Of a stretch of DNA of 64,000 nt, positions 25,726-38,808 are shown piece by piece. The first letter of the stretch is position 1; each line of letters opens with the position of its first letter. The stretch is from contig OX597816.1 in NCBI GenBank assembly GCA_951406725.2, positions 97,464,001 to 97,528,000 of the forward strand, given 5' to 3'. The notes under the pieces were generated by a model. It had not been told where the DNA came from. It saw nothing but the letters and a program-made list of their open reading frames with translations, and made no database searches. A program made the position numbers and the translations under genes. Source of the stretch: Octopus vulgaris (Eukaryota).

Positions 25726-25951
25726 ACGCTACTGGACCTGGAATTACCGCGGCTTATGGCTCCAGACTTGCCCTGCGGTGGATCCCCGCTAACGGATTTG
25801 AAGTGTACTTATTCCGATTGTGGGGCTTCGACAGAGTCCCGCGTCGTTATTTTTCGTCATTCCCCCCACCTACATGCCAGGAATGGGTAATTTGTGCGCC
25901 TGCTGCCTTTTTTGATTGAGGTAGCTGTTTCACAAGCTCCCTCTCCGGCAT
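25718..25951 (-). rRNA. Degenerate 18S rRNA fragment (pseudogene, about 235 bp, region around the 530-loop)
   Basis: Colinear with the reverse complement of conserved 18S: TTTAATATACGCTA.TGGA.CTGGAATTACCGCGGCT, CAGACTTGCCCT, GTTATTTTTCGTCA, GGGTAATTTG.GCGCCTGCTGCCTT, GCTCCCTCTCCGG. Many substitutions. Confidence 0.9.
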
Positions 25952-25957
25952 AATAAT

Positions 25958-26511
25958 ATGTCCTCATGCAATACAAGGCAGTGACTCTCATGACTTCTGA
26001 TCTTAACTGAATGAGACTGTTATCATGTATATTCTTTTGTCTTGGTATAAGAGAATGGACTACAATAAATATTCTGCTCAATACCACAAATTTCTCAGTT
26101 GTTTGACCTTAATTAGTTAAGCATGTCTGTTTGTGGCTGACGGTATGCGCATCTCTGATCACGAGCAGAAGTAGTAGGAAAATGTCAGAGCCATGTGTTG
26201 AGAGGAATTCTTTGGGGTTTGAATAATTAACCTCTGGAAACATGGGCCTTTCATTCATCACATTTAATCAACCCTTATACAGAGCCATTTTGAGCGGGAT
26301 GTGCTACTCAACTTGAAGAAAATTCTAACTAGGCCCCAACTACAATTTCATGCGCTATTTATCTTGATATAAGATCACCATGCCGCACATATCTGGTTGT
26401 GATGCATGTAGCTGTTGTACCTTTATCAGACAAATAGTCATGATGGGTATACTGGGCTTCGTATATTTGTATCCCATTATCACTTTGATGACATGCACTG
26501 CTCTCTCACTC
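25958..26511 (+). mobile_element. Probable retroposon 3' segment ending in a (TAA)n tail
   Basis: About 550 bp of complex sequence bounded by TAATAAT on the left and running directly into the (TAA)n array. No coding motif recognised. Confidence 0.35.
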
Positions 26512-26573
<62 letters not shown>

Positions 26574-26617
26574 TGATGATGATGATGATGATGATAATAA
26601 TGATAATAATAATAATA

Positions 26618-26679
<62 letters not shown>
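26512..26679. repeat. (TAA)n/(TGA)n microsatellite
   Basis: Direct reading. Confidence 0.95.
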
Positions 26680-26680
<1 letters not shown>

Positions 26681-27093
26681 TGACTCCCTAATCGATGCTC
26701 AGAGGCCAGACATTGTTGTGGCAGGAAAAGAAAAATAAGGATTGCAATACTTGGAGATGCCAGCAAAAAACTTGAAAAAAATTTAAAAGTACAAAATACT
26801 AAAAGATGAAATTGCAAGAATGTGAACTATGAGGAGAGTTTCAGTCATTCAAGTAGTTGTAGGGTCACTCGGAGCACTAACAAGTCTAAGAAATATGTCA
26901 GAGATATCAGAATTGACTTGAGAGCAGATCAAGCTGAAAAAACTGCTCTGCTGGGGACAGCTACAATTTTGAGATTGGTACTTGGCTCTAGAATGCCTCC
27001 TACGAAAATTAACAGCCAAATATCAAAGTTTATAATTTGAGGAAAGAGACCTTGTGAGACTCTGACAGCAGACTCTCACATAATCCATCCAAT
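26680..27093 (+). mobile_element. Older R4/Dong 3' fragment (RLE C-terminus plus 3'UTR) within (TAA)n
   Basis: QRPDIVV, LKDEIARM, VVVGSLGA and EKTALLGTATILRLVL are homologous to the C-terminus of the 21.6-25.5 kb element. (TAA)n on both sides. Confidence 0.8.
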
Positions 27094-27157
27094 ATAATAA
27101 TAATGGTAATGATAATAATATAATGGTAATAATAATAATAATAATAATAAAAATAAA

Positions 27158-27219
<62 letters not shown>

Positions 27220-27230
27220 TAATAATAAAT
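27094..27230. repeat. (TAA)n microsatellite
   Basis: Direct reading. Confidence 0.95.
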
Positions 27231-27569
27231 GACAATAACTTCAATAATTAACATACATGCAGAGTTTTCTCTGCATCTCTCTGTTTGACTCTGTCCCTAC
27301 CTCCCCTTCCTCTCTTCTCTCCTCCCTCTCTTCTCCGCCCTCCCTCTCTTCTTCGCCCTTCCTCACTTCTCCGCCCTCCCTCTCTTCTATAAACTCCCTC
27401 TCTTCTCCCCCTCTCTCTCTTCTTCCCCCTCTCTCTGAATATATAACACGAAAACACTATTGTTACACTTCACCGCTTACTAAATTTATTTATACTTTAA
27501 TCAAGAAACTGCGGGAAAAGAGTTGATGATGTTTATATACATCCTTGCATAATGCATGCGGTATATGTA

Positions 27570-27625
<56 letters not shown>

Positions 27626-27716
27626 GCATATATGTATATATATATATACATATACATGCATACATACTTATATATATATATATATATACATGCACACACA
27701 CACACACACAAACATA

Positions 27717-27932
27717 TACAGGGTTATTCAAAAGTAAATCAAAACCATTTAATCCTAAGATTTATTTATGTTTAACAACTGAATGAATTTAATAAAAGGA
27801 TTTAAACATGAAGCATCATGAAAATTCTTCAAATGCTTGAGCAACACATTTTTTCAATCAAGTGAATAGAGAATTACAGATAGTATTTATAGAATTTTGA
27901 TTTACTGTCGAGTGACTTTTGACCAGTCCTAT
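27717..27932. mobile_element. Possible decayed Tc1/mariner-type MITE
   Basis: Left TACAGGGTTATTCAAAAGT versus right ACTTTTGACCAGTCCTATA: imperfect inverted ends with TA flanks. Confidence 0.3.
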
Positions 27933-29113
27933 ATATATATATATATCGATGTACGAATTTGTATAAAGTGATCATATGCATACGCACTCAAAGACTCACA
28001 CGCGCACACATACAGTAAATCTACGGAAATCACGACTTAAAGTAATAAAACATTGTTAAGATGAAATACGCTATTCAAATGCAAAAAATTAGAGTTGCTG
28101 ATAATTGCATAAACAGTTAACATGTATCATATTTCGCAGCAACATATCTGGCGGTAAAGCCTTAAATTTCAAATATACTTCATACCTCTATGAACTCCAA
28201 CAGCTGTTTCATTACGATAAACAACATCATATGTATAAATGCATAATTGTCATACTAAATGAAGTAAAATTATATGCATTTAAACACTATGTTAAGCAAA
28301 ATGGGGAGGAATATTTGTTCTATGTTGAACGGTTATCGGTGTAAATACATTGAAAGAGAATGAAAAACACAGGAGGGAGCGGAAGAACAACAATAAAAAT
28401 CTAAATATATGAATAAGTAAATATACATACGAATATACATTACTGTCTGCATATTTTGGTGAAGTACACCTATCAACATTATGATGGATTTTCGAATCCC
28501 CAGAAACAACTATTGGACTTCTAACGACTTACCTTCTCCCACATAGTTTTCTCTATCGTTTGTAGTGTGTACATTTGATATTTTAATATATAAATATCTA
28601 TATTTTTATACTTAAATATTCATCGTCTAAAACTTTCTTTCTCTTTATATACATACATAGAAATATGCATACCTATCTATCTGTCTGGACTTACCTCAAA
28701 CCAAGAAACACAGAGTTGGGCAGTAAAATCAATCTCCCTATTTCACCAAATGTTTCACATGAAATGAGGTTTAGTGAGCGTGTAGCAAAGTAAACGGCGG
28801 TGCTCCCAGCATGGTCTGAAACTAAGAAAAAGAAAGGATAAAAAAACAGAACAAATTGCAAAATATTATACACTGTATTAGATCGGAAGGAGATAAAGGA
28901 TTCCACATCGATGTAGGGGCATGACTGCAATGGAAAGAAGCTTGCTTCCCACTCTGCAGCACCTTGTACATGTGTCTTCATCTATCACGGACCGCCCAAA
29001 AACTTATGAGAGAACTTGGTTCACACAAACCTAAAGAAAACCATCGAATATATATATATATATTGTTATATTTCGGAATGGTCATATTGCCAGTTTAGCC
29101 AACAAATATTTAA

Positions 29114-29188
<75 letters not shown>

Positions 29189-29330
29189 CAGAGTTATTTT
29201 CTGAGTATGCATTGTCTGGAGACTTTTATTTGCAGTTGAAGAAATAGCCAAATTTTTGGCTGCTATTTCTGAAAAGTTCGGTGTGTGGTAAAGTGAATTT
29301 TTTACTTTACCATATTTTTATAAATTAATA

Positions 29331-29386
<56 letters not shown>

Positions 29387-29465
29387 CAAATATATATATA
29401 TATATATATACATATATATATACATATACATGATGTAACACATGTCCTTGTGGAAGCTGTTGTGC

Positions 29466-29543
29466 GCGGCTGAAGAAGGCCACAGACATACATTATGCAT
29501 TGTTATAAATCTGTCTAATAAAGGCCCGAAACATATGTACCGC
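29466..29543 (+). ncRNA. Type I hammerhead ribozyme, intact core
   Basis: Stem I GCGG/CCGC, CTGAAGA, stem II (A)GGCC/GGCC(C), GAA, palindromic stem III ACATATGT, GUA triplet (A17 at 29539). Lies in a roughly 150-bp cassette between (TA)n arrays. Confidence 0.8.
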
Positions 29544-31404
29544 TGAATCCTTCGCATCATGTTTTTATTTTGATCAATATATATATACATATATATATAT
29601 ATACATACATATATATATATATAATTGTCGAACGATGAAAATGAGTGCTCAGCACCGCGGTGATGGATGTAATTTCTTTATTTGTGAATTAAGGCTACCG
29701 TTAATTTCATGTTAAATAGGAAAATATCGTAGTGTCTTTACATATATATAATTTTATTCCACACAGGTAGAAACATAGGAAAAATAGAAGTGGAAAATGC
29801 ACTAAGAATATTTAAAATATATTTTATTAATATATTTAAAGCTTTAACCTCTTTCACAATTTACACTGATTTTCAAAAACTTCAAATAGAAATATGTAGC
29901 TTTTGCTGCAGCTGTCTTGCTTCTGACTAGTGTTTTAATCTTACCCTATTTTTATTAGGAGTTCATGGCTCTAATTTGTATAGGTTTTGAGTAGTATTTG
30001 ATTGGTAGAGGATAGTCACATGACTGGTCTTAGAAATGTTTGTAGGTTCCCCTCTGCGTCCGTGTGTTTGTATCAAATGACAATGTTTGGCGTAGTAATT
30101 TAAGGCTGATACGATTGACTGAACATGCCCAAAGAATCAATGCTCTGTTTTCTGTCAAGTGTTTGTACAGAAAGGACATATGATTAAGTTTATAACATTT
30201 TAGACGTTTCCTTCTAAGTCCGTGCGTTAGTCTCACGTGACAATATCTTTTCGCCTAAAAAAAGTGTTATCATTTGTTTGAAATGATTACAAAGCGACGC
30301 AGAGCATGGCTGCTGTCACATGACTGAAACAAGTAAAAGATGAAACTTATTATTTCAATTATATTAATATTATTGATCGGACCATCTATATCAGTTACTT
30401 TGTGAAAGACGGGAAAACAAATTAAAAACAAAATCATTCGGCAGCTTGGTGAGTGAATTAATGCCTTATTTGGCTGTGCTATTTGCATATATTTACTCCC
30501 ATCGCATGCTTATGGACAATCCGTCGCTACTGTTGCAGAAAAAAACAGTGATTGGAAAATTGCTGGTGTTGCAATTAGCTGCATGACAATAAAATCTGTC
30601 ATGTGCAACAAAAACGAGGTTAGGTTCATATAGCTATATGCGTAATGCAAATATACTAATTACCAACGGTAATCGACTGGAGATAATAACTCGTATGGAT
30701 CCACTTCGTTTGAAAAGAGATATATATAAGAAGCAAGAGGAATTCGTTGAGCATTAGCGGTGAGAACGCTAAATGCGTATATTTGTCTTCTTGGGCTTTG
30801 TCATATGTTCGCTGCCAACCTATATTATAGGAGAAATACTTTCCTTAATTCGAATTTGGCAATATATTTACAGTTAGTATGATTAGCAGATGACTATTTT
30901 ATTCCAACATTTTATTCTATTACATGTGAGAGAATATTATTGAACCGGGAGGTTAATTGTAAAACCAGCTATTTTTTTTTATTTGATTATACCTTTCCCA
31001 TATCAGTAGTAAGAAATTTTACCTCAGGATCCATTGCTGTGAGTACATGTCACTGACAAGGTACAACTGAGCAGAAATGCGTATCGAGCGAGGAGTCTAC
31101 ATTAACTTGCTCTTTCTCACTCACTCTGTCTGTCTGTCTGTCTTTACTTCCCTATACTATTAATTTCTATGGCTTTACTTCTCCCTGTTATCTCTGTCTC
31201 TTGATCTAATGGTTTTCCGATTAACAGCAACCAACATATCACACATTTTGAGTAAACACAATTTTTGTTTTAATTTATATTTACATCATTTCACTTTATG
31301 ATGTACCACAATTATAACTTTCTGCATTGGGTGGTGTTTAACTTAATGAAACAGCAGGCGATTGTAATTAAAGTTTGACCTACGTGAAGTTTTCCATGCA
31401 TATA

Positions 31405-31442
<38 letters not shown>

Positions 31443-32048
31443 CGAGAGAGAGAGAGAGAGAGTGAAAGAGAGAGAGATGCATAAATATATTTGCATGTAT
31501 ATATACTTATATATATTGAACACATAAAAATACATAATTTCATCGGACTATTAAGGTAGAAAGGTATCTATTTGATTGCTTTACGTTTCATAAATCAGTT
31601 TAACATTGACTTAACACCAACCAGTCACCCGATTTTATTTTTTACTCGGCTACTAATTATTCTGTATTTATTTAAAAGAACGTCAAATCGATTCCTAAAG
31701 AGCAAATCTAAATTAAAGGATAATAAATCTATCAAACAATTTTTGGCAAAGCGCCATCTATAATGGTTTATGCCGAAATTTTGAAATCATTAAAATCATT
31801 GGAAATTTATATATTGCATTGTGTTTGAAATTAATCATTTGCAATTCAAGTTAAGCTCATTGTCTGCTTCTCCCAGTTCTTCTCTAGTTGTCTGTATTTC
31901 CGTCTTTCTTTCTGTAAATTATTCATTGAAATATCATTTATTTTTACGGAGCTCTTTCGTTTTGTCATTTTCTATGTTGTAATTTGCTCTTGGGTATATA
32001 TTCGTTTATATGTTTGTTTCTTTGCTGCGCGTATGAGTGAGTGAGTGA

Positions 32049-32081
<33 letters not shown>

Positions 32082-32339
32082 TATTAATGTGTGCGTATGT
32101 GTGCATGTGTATATGCCTCGTTGTTTATATCTGAACATGCACGCTTATAGAGAGAAATGCATTTTGATCGTAATGTTCCGCTCCCATTCTCATTATGCAG
32201 CCTATTTTTTGTCATTCTATTTTTTTCTTTAACATATAAGTCTCTCTTTCTCTCTCTCTCACTCAATCTATTTATCTATCTATTTGTCTGTCTGTCTATG
32301 TGTCTATTTATCTATTCATCTATCTATGTGTGTGTGTAT

Positions 32340-32371
<32 letters not shown>

Positions 32372-32372
<1 letters not shown>

Positions 32373-32686
32373 GAGGCGCACTGGCCCAGTGGTTAGGGTA
32401 GCGGACTCGCAGTCGTAGGATCGCGGTTTCGATTCCCAGACCGGGCGGTGTGAGCATTTATTGAGCGGAAACACCTAAAGCTCCATGAGGCTCCGGCAGG
32501 GGGGTGGGGTGGCGATCTCTGCTGTACTCTTTCGCCACAACTTTCTGTCACACTTTTTTTTTGTTGGCCTCCTCGCTTAGGCAGCGGGGTGGCGTCATTT
32601 GAAAGCTAAAACAATACGAAGCGCATTGTGATCAGCGATGTCTAGCAACATCTGATAGCCTGGTCGATCACGGTGATCATGGTGAT
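32372..32686 (+). mobile_element. tRNA-derived SINE
   Basis: Head GGAGGCGCACTGGCCCAGTGGTTAGGG (A box) and GGTTTCGATTCCC (B box), followed by a non-tRNA body and a repeated GATCA.GGT tail. Confidence 0.8.
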
Positions 32687-32970
32687 ATGTGTATATGTAG
32701 AAAGAGAGAGAGAGAGAGAAAGAAAGAGAGATAGATAAATATATACACACACACATACACACACACACACACACATATATATATGCATACAAGTATATTT
32801 GTACTTACACGCACGTAGCTATGTTCTTACACATACACACGTGAGAGAGTTGAGTGAGTGGAAGTGTGTTGTCAGTCAGTTTCTTTTTGCATGCCCTGTG
32901 TCTCATGCATGTATACACGTCTAATGCTTCTATCTACGTATTACTGAATATGATCATATGCATATACACG

Positions 32971-33191
32971 TGCGAGGGATGGCGAAAAGTTTCTGGTTTT
33001 GGGTAAAAGAAAATTCAGGAAGATCAGTTCAATACAATTATATTTAATATATTCCCCCTCTTAGATTTACACACTTATTTCAGCAGTCCTTCAGTTTTTC
33101 TAAGCCCTGTAAAAGAACTCGGAATGTTTTATCTCCAATCAGGCCTTTCGCAATATCCTTAAAACCAGGAACATTCCGACACACTCTCGTA
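32971..33191 (-). mobile_element. Mariner-derived MITE
   Basis: Imperfect TIRs CGAGGGATGGCGAAAAGTTTCTGG / CCAGGAACATTCCGACACACTCTCG-TA. The interior is the reverse complement of 44429-44626. Confidence 0.75.
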
Positions 33192-34221
33192 TAAAGGAAT
33201 CTATATTTTGTTCATGAAGGCACATGGCTCAGCGGCTAGAGCGTCCGGCTCACAATCATGAGGCTAAGTGTGTGTCAATGTGTGTATTTGTGTGTGTGTG
33301 GATATTCTTCATATTCCTAAACTAAATAACATGACTTCCGATGAATATACATACATGTAAACGCATATGTATGTATATATGCCTTATTTCCCTCTCCCTC
33401 TCTCCCTCTCTCTCTATCTATCTGTCTATCTATGTATAGATGTGTGTATATGTGTGTGTGTTTTGTGTGTGTTTGTGTGTGTGGTATGTGTGTATGTATA
33501 CAAACACATACAGATACACATGCACATATATGTTATTTGCTCACATATATACAACGTTAGCATTCACTATGGAATTCACTATCCATGTCAAAATTATTAC
33601 CGCTAATATACTGATACTTTAATATTCTGTTTTCATCAAATATTTACAATTTTTAAGACCATTATAATAACATTCCTTATCAGTTAAGCTTTTTATTTAC
33701 TATAATGTTAAATTTAATATTTTATTAATACCATTATAATTCCATTTCTTATCTGTTTTAAGTTTCATATTATCTGCCGTCATACCAAATAACAAAAAAA
33801 AAAAAGTCATTATTGTTTTTCAACATAAAATGCAAAAACCGAAAATTCAGCATATTCTGAAAATGTACTATTACTATACAAAACATTAATCAAAAAACAC
33901 TAATGACGATTAATTGCAAAGATTTATTTCAGCAGAGCTTTGTTTACTTGCCTCGTTTTCACTTTATTCAGTTAGACATTTTCTTACGCCCTGATTCCTT
34001 TCTCTCTTTTTTCTATTTAATTCATTAGCATGTGAATATATTCTCACGATTTTTCTCCACCAAACCCTTTGAATTCTATTAGCTAACTGCCTCTTCTTTG
34101 TTTACGCGACACAAAAATTTGATAATACTGGAATAAAAAAGCCTTTGCATCGCTTAATGATTTCTCATTTTTAAAAAGAAATGGATGCACATCTGTAGCT
34201 TTCTGGCCTTTTCACTATCAT

Positions 34222-34253
<32 letters not shown>

Positions 34254-37200
34254 GTATATATGTATAAAGAGAGCAAGTTATGTAGATAGTGGTGATCCAG
34301 CATGGCCGCAGTGAAATAACTGACACATGTAAAAGAATAGTAACTTTCCTAAAATGAACCAACTGCACTTCAGCTAAAAATAGCCACCGCAGCAACGCTG
34401 TTACAAAATCTCTAGAATATTGTTTGACAAAACAATCTTCGCTGCCGTTTAATCATTTTCCAATAAAGCCTTAAAACAGTTCAAGGGATAATTTGAGTAC
34501 ATATATGGCCTCACGGAAGCGGCAATATAACAAACGAAATCAAAAAGAGAAACAAATATCTTGTTCAATCCAGTCTTCAACCAAAACATACCAAAAGTCT
34601 AAGGGAGTAACATTTTAGCACCAATTAGGAAACGTTAACTACGGCGGTATTAGTAACCAAGATCAAGTTACTTCATCGATGAATAATGGAATATCTAGAA
34701 AACAAGAATCGAAAACGAAGCCATAATAATATATAGAGATCATGTCCATTCCATGGATGAATATCAAGAAATAAGTAGTCTAAAGCACAAAAGATTTTTA
34801 ACAGTTACAAAACGCCATTGAGACAATGAATAAGACATTATATGCAACCCATTGTAAGATAAAGTTTAGCCCTGCCTTACATAGATTCGAAACCGAATCC
34901 ACACACTTGTTGCTCTTGTCAGATGAATGTCTGACTCCATCATGTTTTATCTCCATGCTGGGAGATTAATGAGAAACATCTGACCTCCTAGAACTGTTGT
35001 GGGTCACAGAACGGTCAGCTCTTTGGTTTAGGTTGGCCATACCCTATATAACTGGAATTATCCCTCACTCCCCCTCTTCGTTTGGCCTTTTCTTACACCT
35101 TGCTTATTTTCTTTCTTTCTCTATAAGTTCATTCGTGAGGCATCTCTATTCGTGTCAGCCGTGAACGTGAAAAATTGCATCGGCCGAATGGAAAAGGACA
35201 ACGTAATCCTTACACTTTATTTATCTTTGTCAGCAGAACGCACAGTACAGTTTACACACTACTAACTACCAGCGCGCCACCAACATGTCATTACTATTGT
35301 CAGTTACTACTATGTATATTTTACCAACCACTGCCTGCAAATATATTTGTGAATATTTTTCTTTTCACTTCAACGTTGTTATGCTGTTTTATCCTGCTTT
35401 CGACTGTCTAGATATGGTGACACTTCGCATCTTACCACTACATTTAATAACCTCCATGTACACACATCTGTTCGTTGCAACATACACAATTACCATACAA
35501 TAATGATTGAATGAACGCATCTCAAAAACTCTTTTATATTATGATAATAATTATTATAAATATAAACTAGGCTATGATCTTACATAAATAATTTACGGTT
35601 ATGCTTATCGTGCATCACAGAAAATCATTACACAATTGCAAACAAAGAACATGCATTTGGAAGTGCATACATGAAGATATCACGTTGCAAACACACGAAT
35701 GAATATCACGTTGCAAACACACGAATAAATTCATTTTTGAAACATTTTCTGAATTGCAAATACGTTAAGTAGATGATGACGCAACAAAAATAAGTCAGGT
35801 CAGATGTTGTGGCATGCGCCGTTGCAGCGTGTTGCTGAATTTATCCTTTGTCGTTTTATTCCTGGGTCTTATCGAGCAACCTGTCAAGAAGAGTGACAAA
35901 CAGTCGACACCTTTGCGAGATACTTCTTCATCCGCTCTGACCGTGTCGCATGTAGTCAACTAACACTAGCCGTTAACCCAGCCGGATCCTCAGTGAAGAG
36001 ACTACGGTAAGCAAAGTCTCAATCGGAAAATCGAGCAACATCATGAAATAATGTGAGCCGATGTTCCTCAATCATACAAGTAACCGAACGCATTCCCCTT
36101 TCTGAGTAGAGTCGTAGGCAGGACACGAAATCCCCGCAATCGTAACCAATAAACTCGTGAAGCTCCTGGCAGCAAAGGCAGTTAGGCGGCTCCTGAAGGT
36201 CCTGGACACTATCCAATTCTCACTTCAATAAAGCAGGACAAAGAAGACCAGACACCTAAAGACACGAACTTTTGTCCTCCTTCACAGATATTAATAGCGC
36301 CAAACACCCTTGTCCAATATGCCCTAAATCACTCAAACGTTTTTAGGACTTCAGACTCGCAGCTAATACTACTATGAATCTCACTCCCGAGGTATGAATC
36401 TCACTCCAGAAGCTCAGCAAGAATGACTGCGTCATCGAAAAATCTGGATCTGTAATCATAATTTCACTAATGAGTGCACCACAACTTGATCAAGCCACAA
36501 TTTGCCCAAGTATTCAGTTCCTGTACGCATTGAACAGAGTGGGAATCAAGACACAACCGTGACGACCCCAGAGGTAATTGGGAAAAAGTGAAACGTTGAA
36601 CCCGCAATCCGACCTGCACTCACTGGCCATCATGAGCCCAATCATTTACTTTGGAGGAATCTGGATTGTAGAGCTTGAAGGAACTTAAAATTCCAACAAA
36701 TAATCCAAACAAAAAATATTTTTTGCTAATTCTAACAAATAAATCAGCTAATAGCATTAGCAGGTTATAAATAACACAATCAATACGTCTTTACAAGAAA
36801 ATCACTGAAACAAGTAGCACCCAAGGGATGCTCGCTTAAACTATCCTCGAGACAGCAGAAAGAGCATAGAAAAACACTGACACTACACTGTTGCCTAGCT
36901 AAAAATAATATTGGAAGATCACTAAATTGAATAATGAAAGATGATACATATAAGATACGGAAAATAATATGCAGATAATTGAACAATGTATTGAGTAACC
37001 TCAATACACTGGGTACCATTTATTGAATAATCTCACATTTTCATTGATTCACTACAGTTTCTGCTTTGCATATATATAGATATGCGTGTATGTGTATGTG
37101 TGTAGGTGTATGAGTGTATATACTTATACATATATATATGCAGATGTATGCATACATATGTATATGTATGTATGTATGTACATATATATATATAGTGCCC

Positions 37201-37795
37201 CAGCATAGCCACAGCCTTACGGTTGAAATATATGAAAAATTAAATAATTTATGTGCACACATGCAGATATAGATGTAAGCATAACTGTATGCGTGCGCAC
37301 AAACCCATACACACATATACAGCGTGAGTATATGTATATATATATATATAATAAAGGGTATTATCATAAATGTGTTTTACCAAATGTCTTTCAAAAACTG
37401 TAAGTAAATTAATATAAATATATTATAATTATATACATAATTATAACAAGGACACGACGCAAGGAAAAATAGACGTCAAAAGATACTACTAGCACTATAA
37501 TTTCACCGAGAAAAACACACTACACATAGGCCAGTAGAAGAATGAAAATGAACTACAAGCTTTGGTTAACCGCGTACATGATCGTGTTTCGGGCTTAAAG
37601 TAATACAAAACTTTACATTTTGCCTTCATAAGAGACGGTCTACCCAACCATATAAATACGAGTCGTGGCCACACACTTGCACACACACTTGCATACGCAC
37701 TTGCACACAAATCCACACACGTCAAAGTCACTAGCCCCTATCCACACACACATACACACACACTTACATATTCACACATACATATACATATAGAT

Positions 37796-37827
<32 letters not shown>

Positions 37828-37919
37828 TATATAATAATAATATTAGGGAGTATATCCAAACTTACAGGGAAAAATTAGATTTAGGATTAAATCAAATTTC
37901 ACAGTATAAATTAAATTAG

Positions 37920-38442
37920 AGATAAAACCACTATTAGGCAACTCAAATAGTGATAGACATACACCAAAATATAAAAAACAAAAAATAAATATAATTATTA
38001 TAATATACAATATATATATAGTATAAAATTTAAAATTTAAATTATTAAAATTTTAAATTTTAAAATTTCTCTTTATAAATTTTTATATTTTTATATTTTA
38101 AATTTTAAATTTTTAAATTTCTAAACTTTTTAATTGTTTATTGTTTTTAAAAACTAACCAAAAGTTATAAAAAGTTATAAAAGTTAAATATAATATATTG
38201 TTATATTTAACTTCTTATAACTTTTGGTTAGTTTAAAAAGAAAATTATAAATTAAAAAGTTAAAAAATTTAAAAATCAAAAATTTAAAATATGAAAATAT
38301 AAAGATTCATAAATATAAATTTTAAAATTTCAAATTTTCATAATTTAAATTTTAAATTTTATATTTTATATATATATTGTATTGTTTTTTATATTTTGGT
38401 GTATGTCTATCACTATTTGAGTTGCCTAATAGTGGTTTTATC
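37920..38442. repeat. About 520-bp AT-rich palindrome (foldback)
   Basis: Outer arm AGATAAAACCACTATTAGGCAACTCAAATAGTGATAGACATACACCAAAATAT matches its reverse complement at the right end. Imperfect symmetry continues to a centre near 38196. Confidence 0.9.
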
Positions 38443-38465
38443 TAATCTGATTTATATATATATAC

Positions 38466-38775
38466 ATATAGCAGTCTCAAAATATGTAACACTACAGTTT
38501 ATATGCATTGTAGTATGTTCAATGTAGTAACTGCTCGAATTGGTTTCTCTCGACTGTGCAAAATTCCTAAAAAGTGTACAAAACTCTATTATAACACTCA
38601 GATTCCCATCAGCATCTATGTCAATATTTGCTTTCGATATGAATTGTTGTACTGTTTGGGGCTTTCTCTCATATACATTATCCTTCAATATGCACCCCAT
38701 GCTCCAGATATGTCAAGTTAGGTGAATTTCGTGGCCTTGCTATGCTGCTACATCGTCCGATCCATTGCCGTGGGA
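38466..38775 (-). mobile_element. Tc1/mariner-superfamily transposase C-terminal remnant
   Basis: Minus strand across frameshifts: QWIGR..ARPRNSPNLTYL..ILKDNVYERKPQT, matching WIGR..WPPRSPDLTP..WG.LK..VY..P.T. Confidence 0.7.
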
Positions 38776-38808
38776 AATAATAAATACAGGAATAAAAATA
38801 AAAATGTC

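Noticed and set aside
28688-28700. Consensus splice donors on the minus strand (also near 9200 and 54095)
   Set aside because: No credible upstream exon frame or acceptor could be supported, and such hits are expected by chance in 64 kb.
32372-32445. tRNA gene candidates (also 60743-60815 and 33215-33265)
   Set aside because: A/B boxes are present but there is no full cloverleaf. The first two continue into SINE bodies (one with a TSD) and the third is a truncated head.
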